A stretch of 63,027 bases of DNA, filler included, from Octopus bimaculoides (lineage: Eukaryota): NCBI RefSeq assembly GCF_001194135.2. It is 4 parts of 4 records of this genome, joined end to end, with 100 filler letters (N's around TTAATTAATTAA, not from the genome) between each part and the next. Parts side by side here need not be neighbours in the genome. Positions count along the whole stretch, not along the records: positions 1 to 30,600 come from NC_068995.1; positions 30,701 to 39,688 come from NC_069004.1; 2 more parts are not named here. One strand, 5' to 3'. The translations under genes and the position numbers were made by a program. Positions 25,560 through 36,965 of the stretch are shown in pieces (the stretch's first letter is position 1; every line of letters begins with the position of its first letter). The notes beneath the pieces were generated by a model, which searched no databases, had not been told where the DNA came from, and saw only the letters and a program-made list of their open reading frames with translations.

Positions 25560-26470
25560 GTGCTTTCATGATTTCTGACATCTGTGTGGATTAAACGGAG
25601 AAAAATAACACAAAACAAGAGATGGGAAGGCAGAAAGGAAAACAGAAAGGAATGAAACAATAGGATGAATAAAAGTGTGAAATAAAAATGTTGTTGGAAA
25701 GCGTTTAGAATAAACAAACAAGCAAATGATAAAAAAAGAAATGGAAAGAAAATGTGGGATAAAACCCAAATATGTCTCTGTAAATAGACAAAATAAATCT
25801 AAGCTAAATTAAGTGAGATAAAACGAAATTAAAGCAAGGCATGATGGGTAAAATAGGAAACTGAGAAAATGGGAAATTTGTGGAGCAGATACAGGGAATT
25901 TTTTTTGTAGGCAGTGAGTAAATATAGAGGGTGGAGAGAGAGGGGGGAACAGAGATTTTGGAATAACAGATTTTGAAGTTGGTATATTAAGGAAGTTATT
26001 AAAAAGAGGAAAAGCCAAGAGAAAAGTATAAATAGACAGAGAGACCGAAAATTCAGCCAGCCAGTCAGAGAGCCAGGTAGAACTAGAGAATTAAAGAGAT
26101 AGATATACAGACATATATGTACTGAGAGGGAGAGAGGGAGAGCGGAGAAAGAGAGAGAGAGAGAGAGAGGGGGGAAGGGAGGGAAAGAGAGAATGAGGGA
26201 TAGAGGGAAGGAGGGATTTTGGAATAACGGATTTCTACTTTGGTATATAATCGGAAGATATTAACGAGGGGAAAACTACGGAAAAAGTATAAACTGACCG
26301 ACAGATAGATAGAAAACAGGATATCAGTCATACGGAAATCCAGGTAGCAGAGAGAGTGGGAGAGGGAGAGGGAGAAACGGAGAGGGTTGAAAGGGAGAAA
26401 GAGGGGATCACGAGAGAAACAGATAGGGGAGAATTAGGAGGAGAAAGAGAAAGAGAGGAGAGGAGAATGG
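25560..26470 (+). repeat. About 900-bp polypurine (GA-rich) tract
   Basis: The + strand is strongly A/G-biased, including (GA)n runs. Confidence 0.8.
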
Positions 26471-27183
26471 GAAGGGTGTGTGATTGAGATCGGGTGTGTG
26501 TAAAGGGCATGTGCTAAGTGCGTATGTAGTTTGTATATTGTGTTTAGCGAAACCGCTACTGTTGTTGGCGCTGTGTTAATGTGTGCGCGTGCGCGCGTGT
26601 GTATGTGCATGTGTGTGCGCATGTGCGTGCAATTGTTGCTTGTGTTGTACAAAACTTTACTTGTGTTTGTGTGTATGAAGTTTATGTGTGCTCTTCTCCG
26701 TGTGCTCACATGAAAGGGGATGTATAAATGCATTGAGTAATTAACAAAATGACAAACTGAACCACTACCAAGAGCAGCACATAGTAGCTATTCTCACCAC
26801 CACTAATACTACAACTAACACCAGTCCCAACACGACCACCAAGAACGACAAAATACACAACCAAAACAACCGCCATGGCAAATATCCCCAACATTAACAG
26901 GAACAGCAGTGGCAACAACAAGAATATGATTTGCAGAAAAGTGTTTGGAAAAGTATGTAAAGTGAATTCGAACGAGAAATGAACACTGGGCCGGTGTATG
27001 TGTGTGTATGTACGTGTGGGTGTGTGTGTGTGTGTGTGCTTGTATGTGTGTGTGCCCTGGTATGTGTGTTTGTGAATGTGTGTGCCACAAAACCTCCCAA
27101 AACTGGACAGCAATATCTAACTATTTTCTACGCCTAATTAGAAGAAAGCCAAACAATACCTAAACAAGTGATCCCCACAAACT

Positions 27184-27215
<32 letters not shown>

Positions 27216-28395
27216 GCACAAAATAGAAAATTTCTATTCGTAAATCTCCCAACGAGAGAATTCAGTAACAGTACTCTAGAGTAAAGATAATTTGCCAACA
27301 AATCGTAGTAGTCGAATTTTACTGTTATTTAGCCCCAGGAAACATCGTCTCCAGCTGGCTGTACGACACACTGTCTGGGTCTTTATATTTTCTAATAAGA
27401 GAGTTTAGCAATCCCATTTGTTTCCGGTAGAGAGGATGGAAGCAGAGAATGAGATCAACCACCGTAGCATCTTCTAGACAAGAAATTTTGGGCATCAATA
27501 GTAACTTCCAATAATGCCAATCTCACTGAACATAACAATATCAATTACAACTATGATAATTCCTTCTTCAAAAGGCACAAAGGTTGACATTTTGGAGGAA
27601 GGGACAAGGCAATTACATCGATTCCAGGATGAAAGGTAAAGTCGATCTCGTCGAAATTAGAACTTAGAAAGAAACGTCGCGGTAAACATTCTACCTGCTC
27701 GCAAGAATAGCTGCTATAATAAACCTTAACCCTGTCATAAATCAAAATGACGAAGACTAATGGTCAGTTTATTACCAAGTTTATGACATCAGCTCGAATA
27801 ATCAAAAAGATGTGTTGGTAAGAATTTCCGTAGAGTCTGAAGCGACCGAGAAGTATTAGACACTGAGTTGATCACGAAACACATTGTTTCGTCTGAAGTC
27901 CCTTTGAAGTTGAAATAAAAGGATTTTCTTTTTTCTTTCTTTCTCTCTCTATCTCTCTCTTACTCTCTCTCTCTCTCTCTCNNNNNNNNNNNNNNNNNNN
28001 NNNNNNNNNNNNNNNNNNNNNNNNNNNNNNNNNNNNNNNNNNNNNNNNNNNNNNNNNNNNNNNNNNNNNNNNNNNNNNNNNNNNNNNNNNNNNNNNNNNN
28101 NNNNNNNNNNNNNNNNNNNNNNNNNNNNNNNNNNNNNNNNNNNNNNNNNNNNNNNNNNNNNNNNNNNNNNNNNNNNNNNNNNNNNNNNNNNNNNNNNNNN
28201 NNNNNNNNNNNNNNNNNNNNNNNNNNNNNNNNNNNNNNNNNNNNNNNNNNNNNNNNNNNNNNNNNNNNNNNNNNNNNNNNNNNNNNNNNNNNNNNNNNNN
28301 NNNNNNNNNNNNNNNNNNNNNNNNNNNNNNNNNNNNNNNNNNNNNNNNNNNNNNNNNNNNNNNNNNNNNNNNNNNNNNNNNNNNNNNNNNNNNNN

Positions 28396-28433
<38 letters not shown>

Positions 28434-28773
28434 AGAGAGAGAGAGATAGACAGACAGAGAAAGAGGAAGAGAGAGAGATAGAGACAGACAAACAGACAGA
28501 CAGAATGGGAGTAGTGGGTGGACAGAACAGAACTTGTCCATAAATTCATGAATCGATCACGAAAGGAGAAATGAAATCAAAGATTTTATGGGCAAACTTT
28601 TCAGACATTGAACTCAGAACGCTGAGGCAAAAAGTCAACACAAGACGTTCTCTCTGACGCACGAGCAAATCAGTCAACTAGTAACCGATATTTACACCTG
28701 GACACACATATATACACAAACATGCGTAAGCACACAGATGCACGCACACACCCACACGTAAATAGGATTATGT

Positions 28774-28824
<51 letters not shown>

Positions 28825-29857
28825 CGTGTGTATTATATATATACGCAAGGACACATATTCAGGTGTACGTTCATATCAATCTCTTACGTTGAGTTAAATG
28901 CCAGCTGTTGACTCTATGTTTCTGTGACATCAGGTTACATCTAAAAAGAAGTAAATTTATAAAATTAGNNNNNNNNNNNNNNNNNNNNNNNNNNNNNNNN
29001 NNNNNNNNNNNNNNNNNNNNNNNNNNNNNNNNNNNNNNNNNNNNNNNNNNNNNNNNNNNNNNNNNNNNNNNNNNNNNNNNNNNNNNNNNNNNNNNNNNNN
29101 NNNNNNNNNNNNNNNNNNNNNNNNNNNNNNNNNNNNNNNNNNNNNNNNNNNNNNNNNNNNNNNNNNNNNNNNNNNNNNNNNNNNNNNNNNNNNNNNNNNN
29201 NNNNNNNNNNNNNNNNNNNNNNNNNNNNNNNNNNNNNNNNNNNNNNNNNNNNNNNNNNNNNNNNNNNNNNNNNNNNNNNNNNNNNNNNNNNNNNNNNNNN
29301 NNNNNNNNNNNNNNNNNNNNNNNNNNNNNNNNNNNNNNNNNNNNNNNNNNNNNNNNNNNNNNNNNNNNNNNNNNNNNNNNNNNNNNNNNNNNNNNNNNNN
29401 NNNNNNNNNNNNNNNNNNNNNNNNNNNNNNNNNNNNNNNNNNNNNNNNNNNNNNNNNNNNNNNNNNNNNNNNNNNNNNNNNNNNNNNNNNNNNNNNNNNN
29501 NNNNNNNNNNNNNNNNNNNNNNNNNNNNNNNNNNNNNNNNNNNNNNNNNNNNNNNNNNNNNNNNNNNNNNNNNNNNNNNNNNNNNNNNNNNNNNNNNNNN
29601 NNNNNNNNNNNNNNNNNNNNNNNNNNNNNNNNNNNNNNNNNNNNNNNNNNNNNNNNNNNNNNNNNNNNNNNNNNNNNNNNNNNNNNNNNNNNNNNNNNNN
29701 NNNNNNNNNNNNNNNNNNNNNNNNNNNNNNNNNNNNNNNNNNNNNNNNNNNNNNNNNNNNNNNNNNNNNNNNNNNNNNNNNNNNNNNNNNNNNNNNNNNN
29801 NNNNNNNNNNNNNNNNNNNNNNNNNNNNNNNNNNTATATATATATATATATATATAT

Positions 29858-30020
29858 GCGACGGGCTTCTTTCAGTTTCCGTCTAATAAATCCACTCACA
29901 AGGCTTTGGTCGGCTCGTGACTATAGCACAAGACACTTGCCCAAGGTGCCAGGCAGTGGGACTGAATCCGGAACCATGAGCTTAAGAAGCGAGCTTCTTA
30001 CCACACAGCCACCCCTGCGA
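29858..30020 (-). mobile_element. SINE family A 5' half (remainder lies in the gap)
   Basis: cgacgggcttctttcagtttccgtct..ccacacagccacccctgcg. Confidence 0.88.
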
Positions 30021-30600
30021 TGCAGACACACAGACACACAGACACACAAACAGGGGAGTTAATTTTTTTTGGTTATCTGTGACGTTGTCTACTAATCTAG
30101 TGGGGGTAATTTACACTTGTTTTACTCATAGAATTTTCGTATTTTGAGCAACTTTGATGATGAATGTTTAGTATTTGTTAGGTAAGTGATTTGAGTACAG
30201 ATGCACCACCATACATACATACATAATACATCATATATATATATATACACACATATATATGTGTGTGTGTGTGTATATGTATATGTATACATATAAAGAC
30301 ATTCACTATTCTCGTGCATGTAAAGGCATTTGTCTTGTTTTTTTTTTACAGTGTGTATTTTTGTGCGCGTATTCAATTGCTTGTTTCTACGTCTGCAGTT
30401 AAGAATGAATCTAGAAAAAGCATTGGTTTTGAATGTATGAAACTAGGGGTAAGCGATGTTAATTTTTAGCGATTATTTTGAAAAATTTACAAATACATAA
30501 AACTTGAGTTCTGTTAAAGTGAATGTTCAGTTTATATCTTTTCAAAAAGTTACCTACAAAAATAATATTTTAGTTTTAAATATATATATATATATATATA

Positions 30601-30700
30601 NNNNNNNNNNNNNNNNNNNNNNNNNNNNNNNNNNNNNNNNNNNNTTAATTAATTAANNNNNNNNNNNNNNNNNNNNNNNNNNNNNNNNNNNNNNNNNNNN
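30601..30700. other. Scaffold join: 44 N + TTAATTAATTAA + 44 N (artificial linker)
   Basis: The same 100-bp structure occurs three times; the linker gives stops in all six frames. Confidence 0.95.
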
Positions 30701-30743
<43 letters not shown>

Positions 30744-30895
30744 GTATGTATGTGTGTGTGCTTATACATATCTATATATAGCATATATATATATGTGTGT
30801 TGTATGTATGCATATGAACGTATATGTGTGTGTGTATGTATATATATATACATATATATTTATATATATATATATGCAGAACATACATAAATATG

Positions 30896-30939
<44 letters not shown>

Positions 30940-31324
30940 TAAAGACATTCAATGAGAAGCACTTGTACTTCGTGGCCGTTAGTAGTATTTGATTTGAACT
31001 GAGCTAAGGTTATTTATAATAAATATTTTAATCTATTCCTTGATGAGGAGTTAAGGCTTAAATTATTGGCTTTAGATGCCTATTTTTTACTAAAATTAGG
31101 CTAAAACTATGTACGTAGAGGCTTAATCATCCGACAAATCTTTAGTGCTTGATTGCAATCAGAGCTGCTTTTTGGGTCATTAAGGGCGATATAATGCAAC
31201 TTGAATTTCAGGGGTATTATGGTTAACTTAACTTCGGGTTAAGTAGTGCACTAGACATATATATTTTTTTTAATCCGGCATTCATGGGACCATGTAAATA
31301 CTGACTAACAGCAAAATACTGGAT

Positions 31325-31560
31325 TACAAAAGTGTCTCTACGTGGTCGCGCTGTACGCTAGAAATAGCAGATAACCAGTAAGCTGTCCAACAAAATTTCC
31401 TTCAAATCACCTCATACTCTCTTTTAAAAAGGGACTTATTAAATAATGTAATCCTGTGTACGAAAGCAGATGCATAAAACAGGATGAAATGGTCATAGGT
31501 GAATGCCTCTGTTTAGCCCCAAGTAATCCCTGCTTGATCAGGGCTGACTCGGGGTTAAAA
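31325..31560 (-). mobile_element. Repeat family F copy carrying an inverted duplicate of its own terminus
   Basis: tttagccccaagtaatccctg-cttgat-cagggctgactcggggttaaa near 31511-31558. Confidence 0.6.
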
Positions 31561-31621
31561 AAAAAACTAGATAACAACTAGATTACAGAAAAATAAGGTC
31601 ACTCAACCTAATCCCTATAAG

Positions 31622-31679
31622 CTAGTGGTTCCCAACCGGGGTTTATATGGGGTACCTTATAAAGTTCTGTTGTTAAAAA
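31622..31679 (+). mobile_element. hAT/Charlie-like terminal fragment
   Basis: Begins tagtggttcccaacc, close to the CAGTGGTTCCCAA terminus typical of Charlie-type hATs. Confidence 0.45.
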
Positions 31680-31739
31680 TCCATTTTTGGCAGAAATAGA
31701 AGCAATTTATTAATTGCTTCTATTTCTGCCAAAAATGGA
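31680..31739. repeat. Perfect inverted repeat: 28-bp arms, 4-nt loop
   Basis: tccatttttggcagaaatagaagcaatt-tatt-aattgcttctatttctgccaaaaatgga. Confidence 0.97.
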
Positions 31740-31804
31740 AGCCATTTTGTTGAATAAAGACAAAATGCAGATGATTTTTCTTTTCCCGATTTTTTTCTCT
31801 TAAA

Positions 31805-31993
31805 GGAACAAAATCTGAAATTTTGGGACAGTGGGTAAGTCGATTACATCGACCCCAGTACACAACTGGTACTTATTTTATCGATCCCGAAAAGATGAAA
31901 GGCAAAGTCGACCCAGAATGTAAAGCCAGAAGAAATGCCGCTTAGCATTTTTGGCCGACGCGATTCTAGCGATTCTGCGAGTTGACTGTCGCT
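31805..31993 (-). mobile_element. SINE family B with an internal deletion
   Basis: gtcgattacatcgaccccag..ggtacttattttatcgatccc..gcaaagtcgac. Confidence 0.85.
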
Positions 31994-32134
31994 AGATGTG
32001 TGTCTTCGCTGCAGCCCCTTATGTCCTGTAACTTAGTGGTTGCTGACAAATAGATATCGACGTAAAGCATGAAACTAAAATAAGTAGTGAGGTCAATGAT
32101 ATGTGATTGACTCCTTTCAAAGACGACAAACGGA

Positions 32135-32612
32135 CAGAATCGTGAGCGCATCGGACAAAACGCTCAGCAGAACTTCTTCTAACTCTTTACGTTCCAGTTT
32201 CAAATCCTGCCGAGGTCAATGTTGCCTTTCAATCCTTCATCATCATTATCAGCTCCTGGACATTACTGACTCTCATCTCCTTGTGAACTTATAGGATCGG
32301 GGTTACCTGGTTTCCATGGCGTACAAGTTAGCCCATTCATAAATTCCCTTCCGAACGGGACCCCAGTTCGTCGTAGGGCTACCCACTTACAGCTGAGTGG
32401 AATGAAATGTTTTCGTCGAGAACACAGCTCGTTGCCCGATCTGGGTTTCGAAACGATGATCTTGTCACTGTGAATGCAACAATCTAACACTTTCACCACC
32501 ATACCACGCGCCTTCCCTTTTCATCCGTTCCAGGTGGATGAAAAGAGATAAAGGGCCAGTCAAGTGCTGCGATCCATGTCGTCTCTTTCTCCCCAAAATT
32601 GCTAGCCTTGGG
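32135..32612 (+). mobile_element. Degenerate SINE B apparently split by a SINE C insertion
   Basis: 5' half at 32135-32240, 3' half at about 32515-32612. Confidence 0.55.
32290..32516 (-). mobile_element. SINE family C with a MetaSINE-like body
   Basis: tRNA-like head at the right end; body gaacgggaccccagttcgtcgtagggctacccacttacagctgagtgg resembles the recalled Meta domain (inference). Confidence 0.7.
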
Positions 32613-32639
32613 CCCTCGATGTCCCATTCAGGAAGTATG

Positions 32640-32780
32640 TTGTGATCTCGGTCATAGAAACCAGGTGACCAGCCTTAGGACGTTTCCTTCAAAAATACAA
32701 CGCACTGCCCGGTCCGACATTCGAAACCACTTTCTTACGATCGTGAGTGAAACACCCTAACCACTATACCACGTTCTTTC
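32640..32780 (-). mobile_element. SINE family C head fragment
   Basis: ttcgaaacc..ttacgatcgtgagtgaaacaccctaaccactatacc. Confidence 0.7.
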
Positions 32781-32889
32781 ATCTTTCGTCTCTTCAAAAT
32801 GTAAAAAATAAAAAAACCCTCAAAACTGCTGGCCTTGAACTCTGCCACTGACCGCCGTCCCGTTCGGAGGAAGGAAAGTTGTAATATCG

Positions 32890-33074
32890 GTTTCAATTTT
32901 GGTACAAGGCCAGCAAGCTCGACCCAATAGTCAACTGGTGCTTATTTTATCGACCCCGAAAGAATGAAAGGCAAAGTCGACCTCGGCGGCATTTGAAGTC
33001 AGAACGTAAACGCGGACGAAATGCCGCTAAGCATTTTGATCGGCGTGCTAATGATTCTGTCATCTCTCTGCTTT
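32890..33074 (-). mobile_element. SINE family B with a 19-bp TSD
   Basis: aaggaa[ag/ta]ttgtaatatcg at 32871-32889 and 33075-33093. Confidence 0.9.
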
Positions 33075-34002
33075 AAGGAATATTGTAATATCGATCACTT
33101 GTGTGCCATGGAAATCGAACCAGCTGTATAAGTCCTACGGATCAAGTAAAACGTTAATGACAAAACACCCTTTTATAGCAACTGGTACCGCCAGCATGGC
33201 CACATTCTATCTGCTTCAACCAGTCAAAGAATTTTTTTTTAAATGGTTCCAGACCTGCATTATAGAATTCCTACTGCATTTGCTTCATATTTTCTTGAAG
33301 CTCTGACGACGTAACTTTTTCAAAATGTAGGACGATATTTAAGATTCGGTTCGCTTCTCAGTTAAGCTATTAAATCCAGTCACTCGATACTGTGAGAATA
33401 GAAGAAATGCAGTCGCGGTCGGTTATATTTCCATCTTTACGTAACTCAAGATATTTCTTACATCTCACTTTTCCTTCGGAAAGATTAGTTGAAGTAATCA
33501 GAAATAATCTAACATGCACAACAAACCGAAAACGCTATTCATTTTTCTTGATATCAATTACAACGCGTGGCGATACATTACAACTGGTCGCCATTTCAAA
33601 ACGTTTACTCTGTCGGTCCCTTGGAGTGCGTGCGTGCCTCTCTCTCTCTGTGTGTGTGTGGGGGGGNNNNNNNNNNNNNGGGGGGGGGGGTGCATGTATG
33701 AGTGTATGTATGAGTGTTTGTATGAGTGCGTGAACATGAATATATGTATTGTATATTTGTGTGTGTGAGTGTATGTATGTATGAATTATGTATGTCTGTA
33801 GAAAGGTCGGTAGGTAGGTTTGGGTTAAGTATTAGAGAGTGCGAGCGTGTGTGTATATGTGTGTGTGCGCGTGTGTAACATGTATATCGCTTTGTTGTTA
33901 GTTTATATAAAACAAACTTGTAAACAGATATTGCAGCTAAACGAAACGCACGATTTGTTTCTGTAGAGAAATGTTATCTTGGCGAAACAATGCACAGAAA
34001 AT

Positions 34003-34190
34003 GGCGGTAAGGTGGCACTGTCGTTAGAGCGCTGGGTAGAATACAGTGCATTATTTGTTCTGATAGTCTGTGCGATTGGAGTTCAAATCTTTCTGAAGCC
34101 AGCTTTGCCTTTCATCCGTTCAGTGTCGATTCTCTTCACTGTATCTTAACCGTTTGTCTGTCCAAAGCATTCTCATAAACTTTCTTCTAA
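34003..34190 (+). mobile_element. Degenerate SINE B
   Basis: ggcggtaaggtggc..gagttcaaatc..gcctttcatccgttc. Confidence 0.7.
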
Positions 34191-36580
34191 AAGTCCGTCC
34201 TTATTCTCAGAGATTTAGTTCATCCTTATTTCACCACCATAGACCCTGCTGAGTATTCCGCAGACACTGGACCTATGAAAGATCGGGTCCAATCGGTATA
34301 TTAGTCCGAGGGAAGAGGTGCGGAGACCAGAGAAAGAGCCTTGAGATGCAAGAAGGGTCTGGAAGCACAAGAAGGGATTTGAAATACTCAAAAACAAACA
34401 TAATTCGATGCAGGCGGTGGTTCATTCGAACAAGCAATTGAAATACCCATCGTCGTTAGTCGATGGAGGCTCGTTTACTTTACTGCTCAACTAGACATAT
34501 GATTGAAGGCGTTCTAGTCATAGCCATCCAGTCATATCGAATTACATCTCATTCTATTTTCTTTCTAGAAACAGCAACTTCGTGTTCCTGAACATAGCAC
34601 AGAAGGCTTTCGGGGTAAAATATGGCTGCTATTTCTAGCAAGTCAAACGTCCTTGTAGAAGAACGTTTGTTGACTCTGGCTTGTTTGACGAATGACGTAG
34701 TTGCTGCTGCTGATGATGATGTTGTTGTTGTCATCGTTGTTCTGGTTATTGTTGGAGTTGCTTCCGTTACTTTGTTCTTGCCACAGACTTCGTTGTCGCT
34801 GTTGCTGCTGTCGATATTATTGTTGCTGTTGTTGTTGTTGTTGTTGACAACAGCAAAAGAAAACATGTCAGAACATTCTCTGACATGTTCGGCGTCCGTT
34901 GAAATAATAGGAGTTTTGTACTTTAACAGGACTTCGCTGACATTTCTGCTTATTGTGATCAACTACCGCCGCCGCCACCACCTTCATCCCCCTCCCCATC
35001 AACAAATAGCTATGACACTTCCAGAATATTAACAGGTTCGACAAAAATGACAGGGAAACCCTGCCGTGATCCCTTTCACCCGCACCCTGTTTCTCTCCCC
35101 ACCTCTCTCTTTCTCTCTCTCTCTCTCTCGATTGTATCTGTAATTCAAAGGTCCAACTCTTATTGTATCGCATTAACGGGTATTTATGTCTTTGGAATAT
35201 TCAGCCACTGTTAATTTCACCAATAAGTATTTATTCGGTCGAACGACTGAATGCTCACCGTCGCAACTAACGGAGGATCTATAACCATATTACTAGAAAA
35301 GGGTCACTGTTTTGTGTGGTCCCAACATAGCCTAATTAGAGAGGGAGAGAAGTTGAATTGGTGTTTGACGGAACTTTATTTGTCGACGACGTAATGAAGA
35401 AAAAGAGAGAGTTGTGAAACATGGTTCAGAAAACCGAATCGAACGATTTGATCCGAACCGCTAATGTTATTGCTGCCATTCTTGTGTTATGTTGTTGTTT
35501 CTATCGTTATTGCTATTGCTGAGTTGTTGTGTTTAACCCTGGGCTAAACCTAATCAAGCAAAACTATGGTTAAAAACATTCCATTCGTGACCACCTCGTT
35601 TTTATTATACCTAGACCTGCATTAACCGGCATGTCCTTCCTCTTTTATAAAAGTAACGATAGGTTGTGGTTTGAGGGAGCTTTAGCTACTCTGTCTTGCA
35701 AATAAAGGCTCCCTGACAGTCTTCGTACATGAAATGATGAGGTGGGAGGTGGGAGGGCCGTAGACGGTCAAATTAGCGTCGGACACGAAGATGTTATATT
35801 TCTTGCATTGTAGCCTTAATCCCAGATCGTGAACACCGTGTGCAAAAGTGCTCCAGCCTTGACAACCGTTTCTTTTTTTCCCAAACAGCGTATCTATGAC
35901 CATTGGAGTGGCTCATAGGGCGAGCAAGGGAAACGGCCGCTTCCCACGAGCAGCACATTGTTCAACATTGGCGCTTTTTATAAAATGTATAATCAGCATT
36001 TGATATGTGCCACGGTGCCATTCTTTTATGTATTCGCTGCCGCCAACTTTTGAATCTGGCTACAACCCTGTCTATGACAACAGCCGATGATTTGAGAATA
36101 ATTTGACTGCTGTTTCAAGCAGGTCTAGCCAAAGCGTAGACGCTTCCTTGTCGGAGACTAAGTAAAGTCAGTAATTGATGGTGTAATGAGGGTGTATTAG
36201 GGAGTACTTAGAGGTCGAGGGTAGCAGCGTAGATAGGGGTGGCAGCGTGAAGAAGCCTCGTTCTTCAGACTTCTCTCTTTCAAAGCAGGCTTCGAAGAAG
36301 ACGAGGACACAATAACAACCAATAACAGTAACGCGGATGTTACCGTTTCTCTGTTTGGAGAGCGAACGGAGAGAAAGGAGGAGAGGAGAGACGATCAATG
36401 GGGAGAGGGGAGAGGGGAGATATAGCGTTGGTGGGAACGGTGGAGTGTCGTTGCTGGTGGTGGCGTTCGGGTGTGCCCAGGGAAACCTGGGTGAATGGGG
36501 AAAGAGATAACAGGATAACTGCAGAGAGATGAGAAAATTACACACACGTACATTTGTTTATATATATATATATATATATA

Positions 36581-36658
36581 TGCATACACATACACATATA
36601 TATATACATCTATATATATATGTATAAATATTTTTATTTGTGTATATATGCGTGTGAG

Positions 36659-36730
<72 letters not shown>

Positions 36731-36804
36731 TACACATACACATATATATATACATCTATATATATATGTATAAATATTTTTATTTGTGTATATATGCGTG
36801 TGAG

Positions 36805-36840
<36 letters not shown>
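36581..36840 (+). repeat. About 146-bp tandem duplication of a TA-rich compound microsatellite
   Basis: tgcatacacatacacat...tttttatttgtgtatatatgcgtgtgagcgtgtgtg occurs at about 36581 and 36727. Confidence 0.85.
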
Positions 36841-36855
<15 letters not shown>

Positions 36856-36933
36856 TATAATATATATATATATGTATAATTTTATCATACCTTTCTTGTT
36901 ATGCTTTAACTCTTTGCATTTATGATATATATA

Positions 36934-36965
<32 letters not shown>

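Noticed and set aside
30645-30656. TTAATTAATTAA as a biological motif (homeodomain/PacI-like array)
   Set aside because: Centred identically in three 100-bp gaps; an assembly linker.
33998-34012. AAAATGGCG|GTAAGG as a start codon plus donor
   Set aside because: It is the diverged head of a SINE B copy.
34549-35032. 137-aa and 136-aa overlapping ORFs that look like a low-complexity protein
   Set aside because: One end lies in repeat family F and the middle is a decayed (GTT/GCT)n tract; no credible splice sites.
36289-36490. Symmetric coding exon between an AG and G|GTGAAT
   Set aside because: Careful translation hits TAG at 36423-36425.
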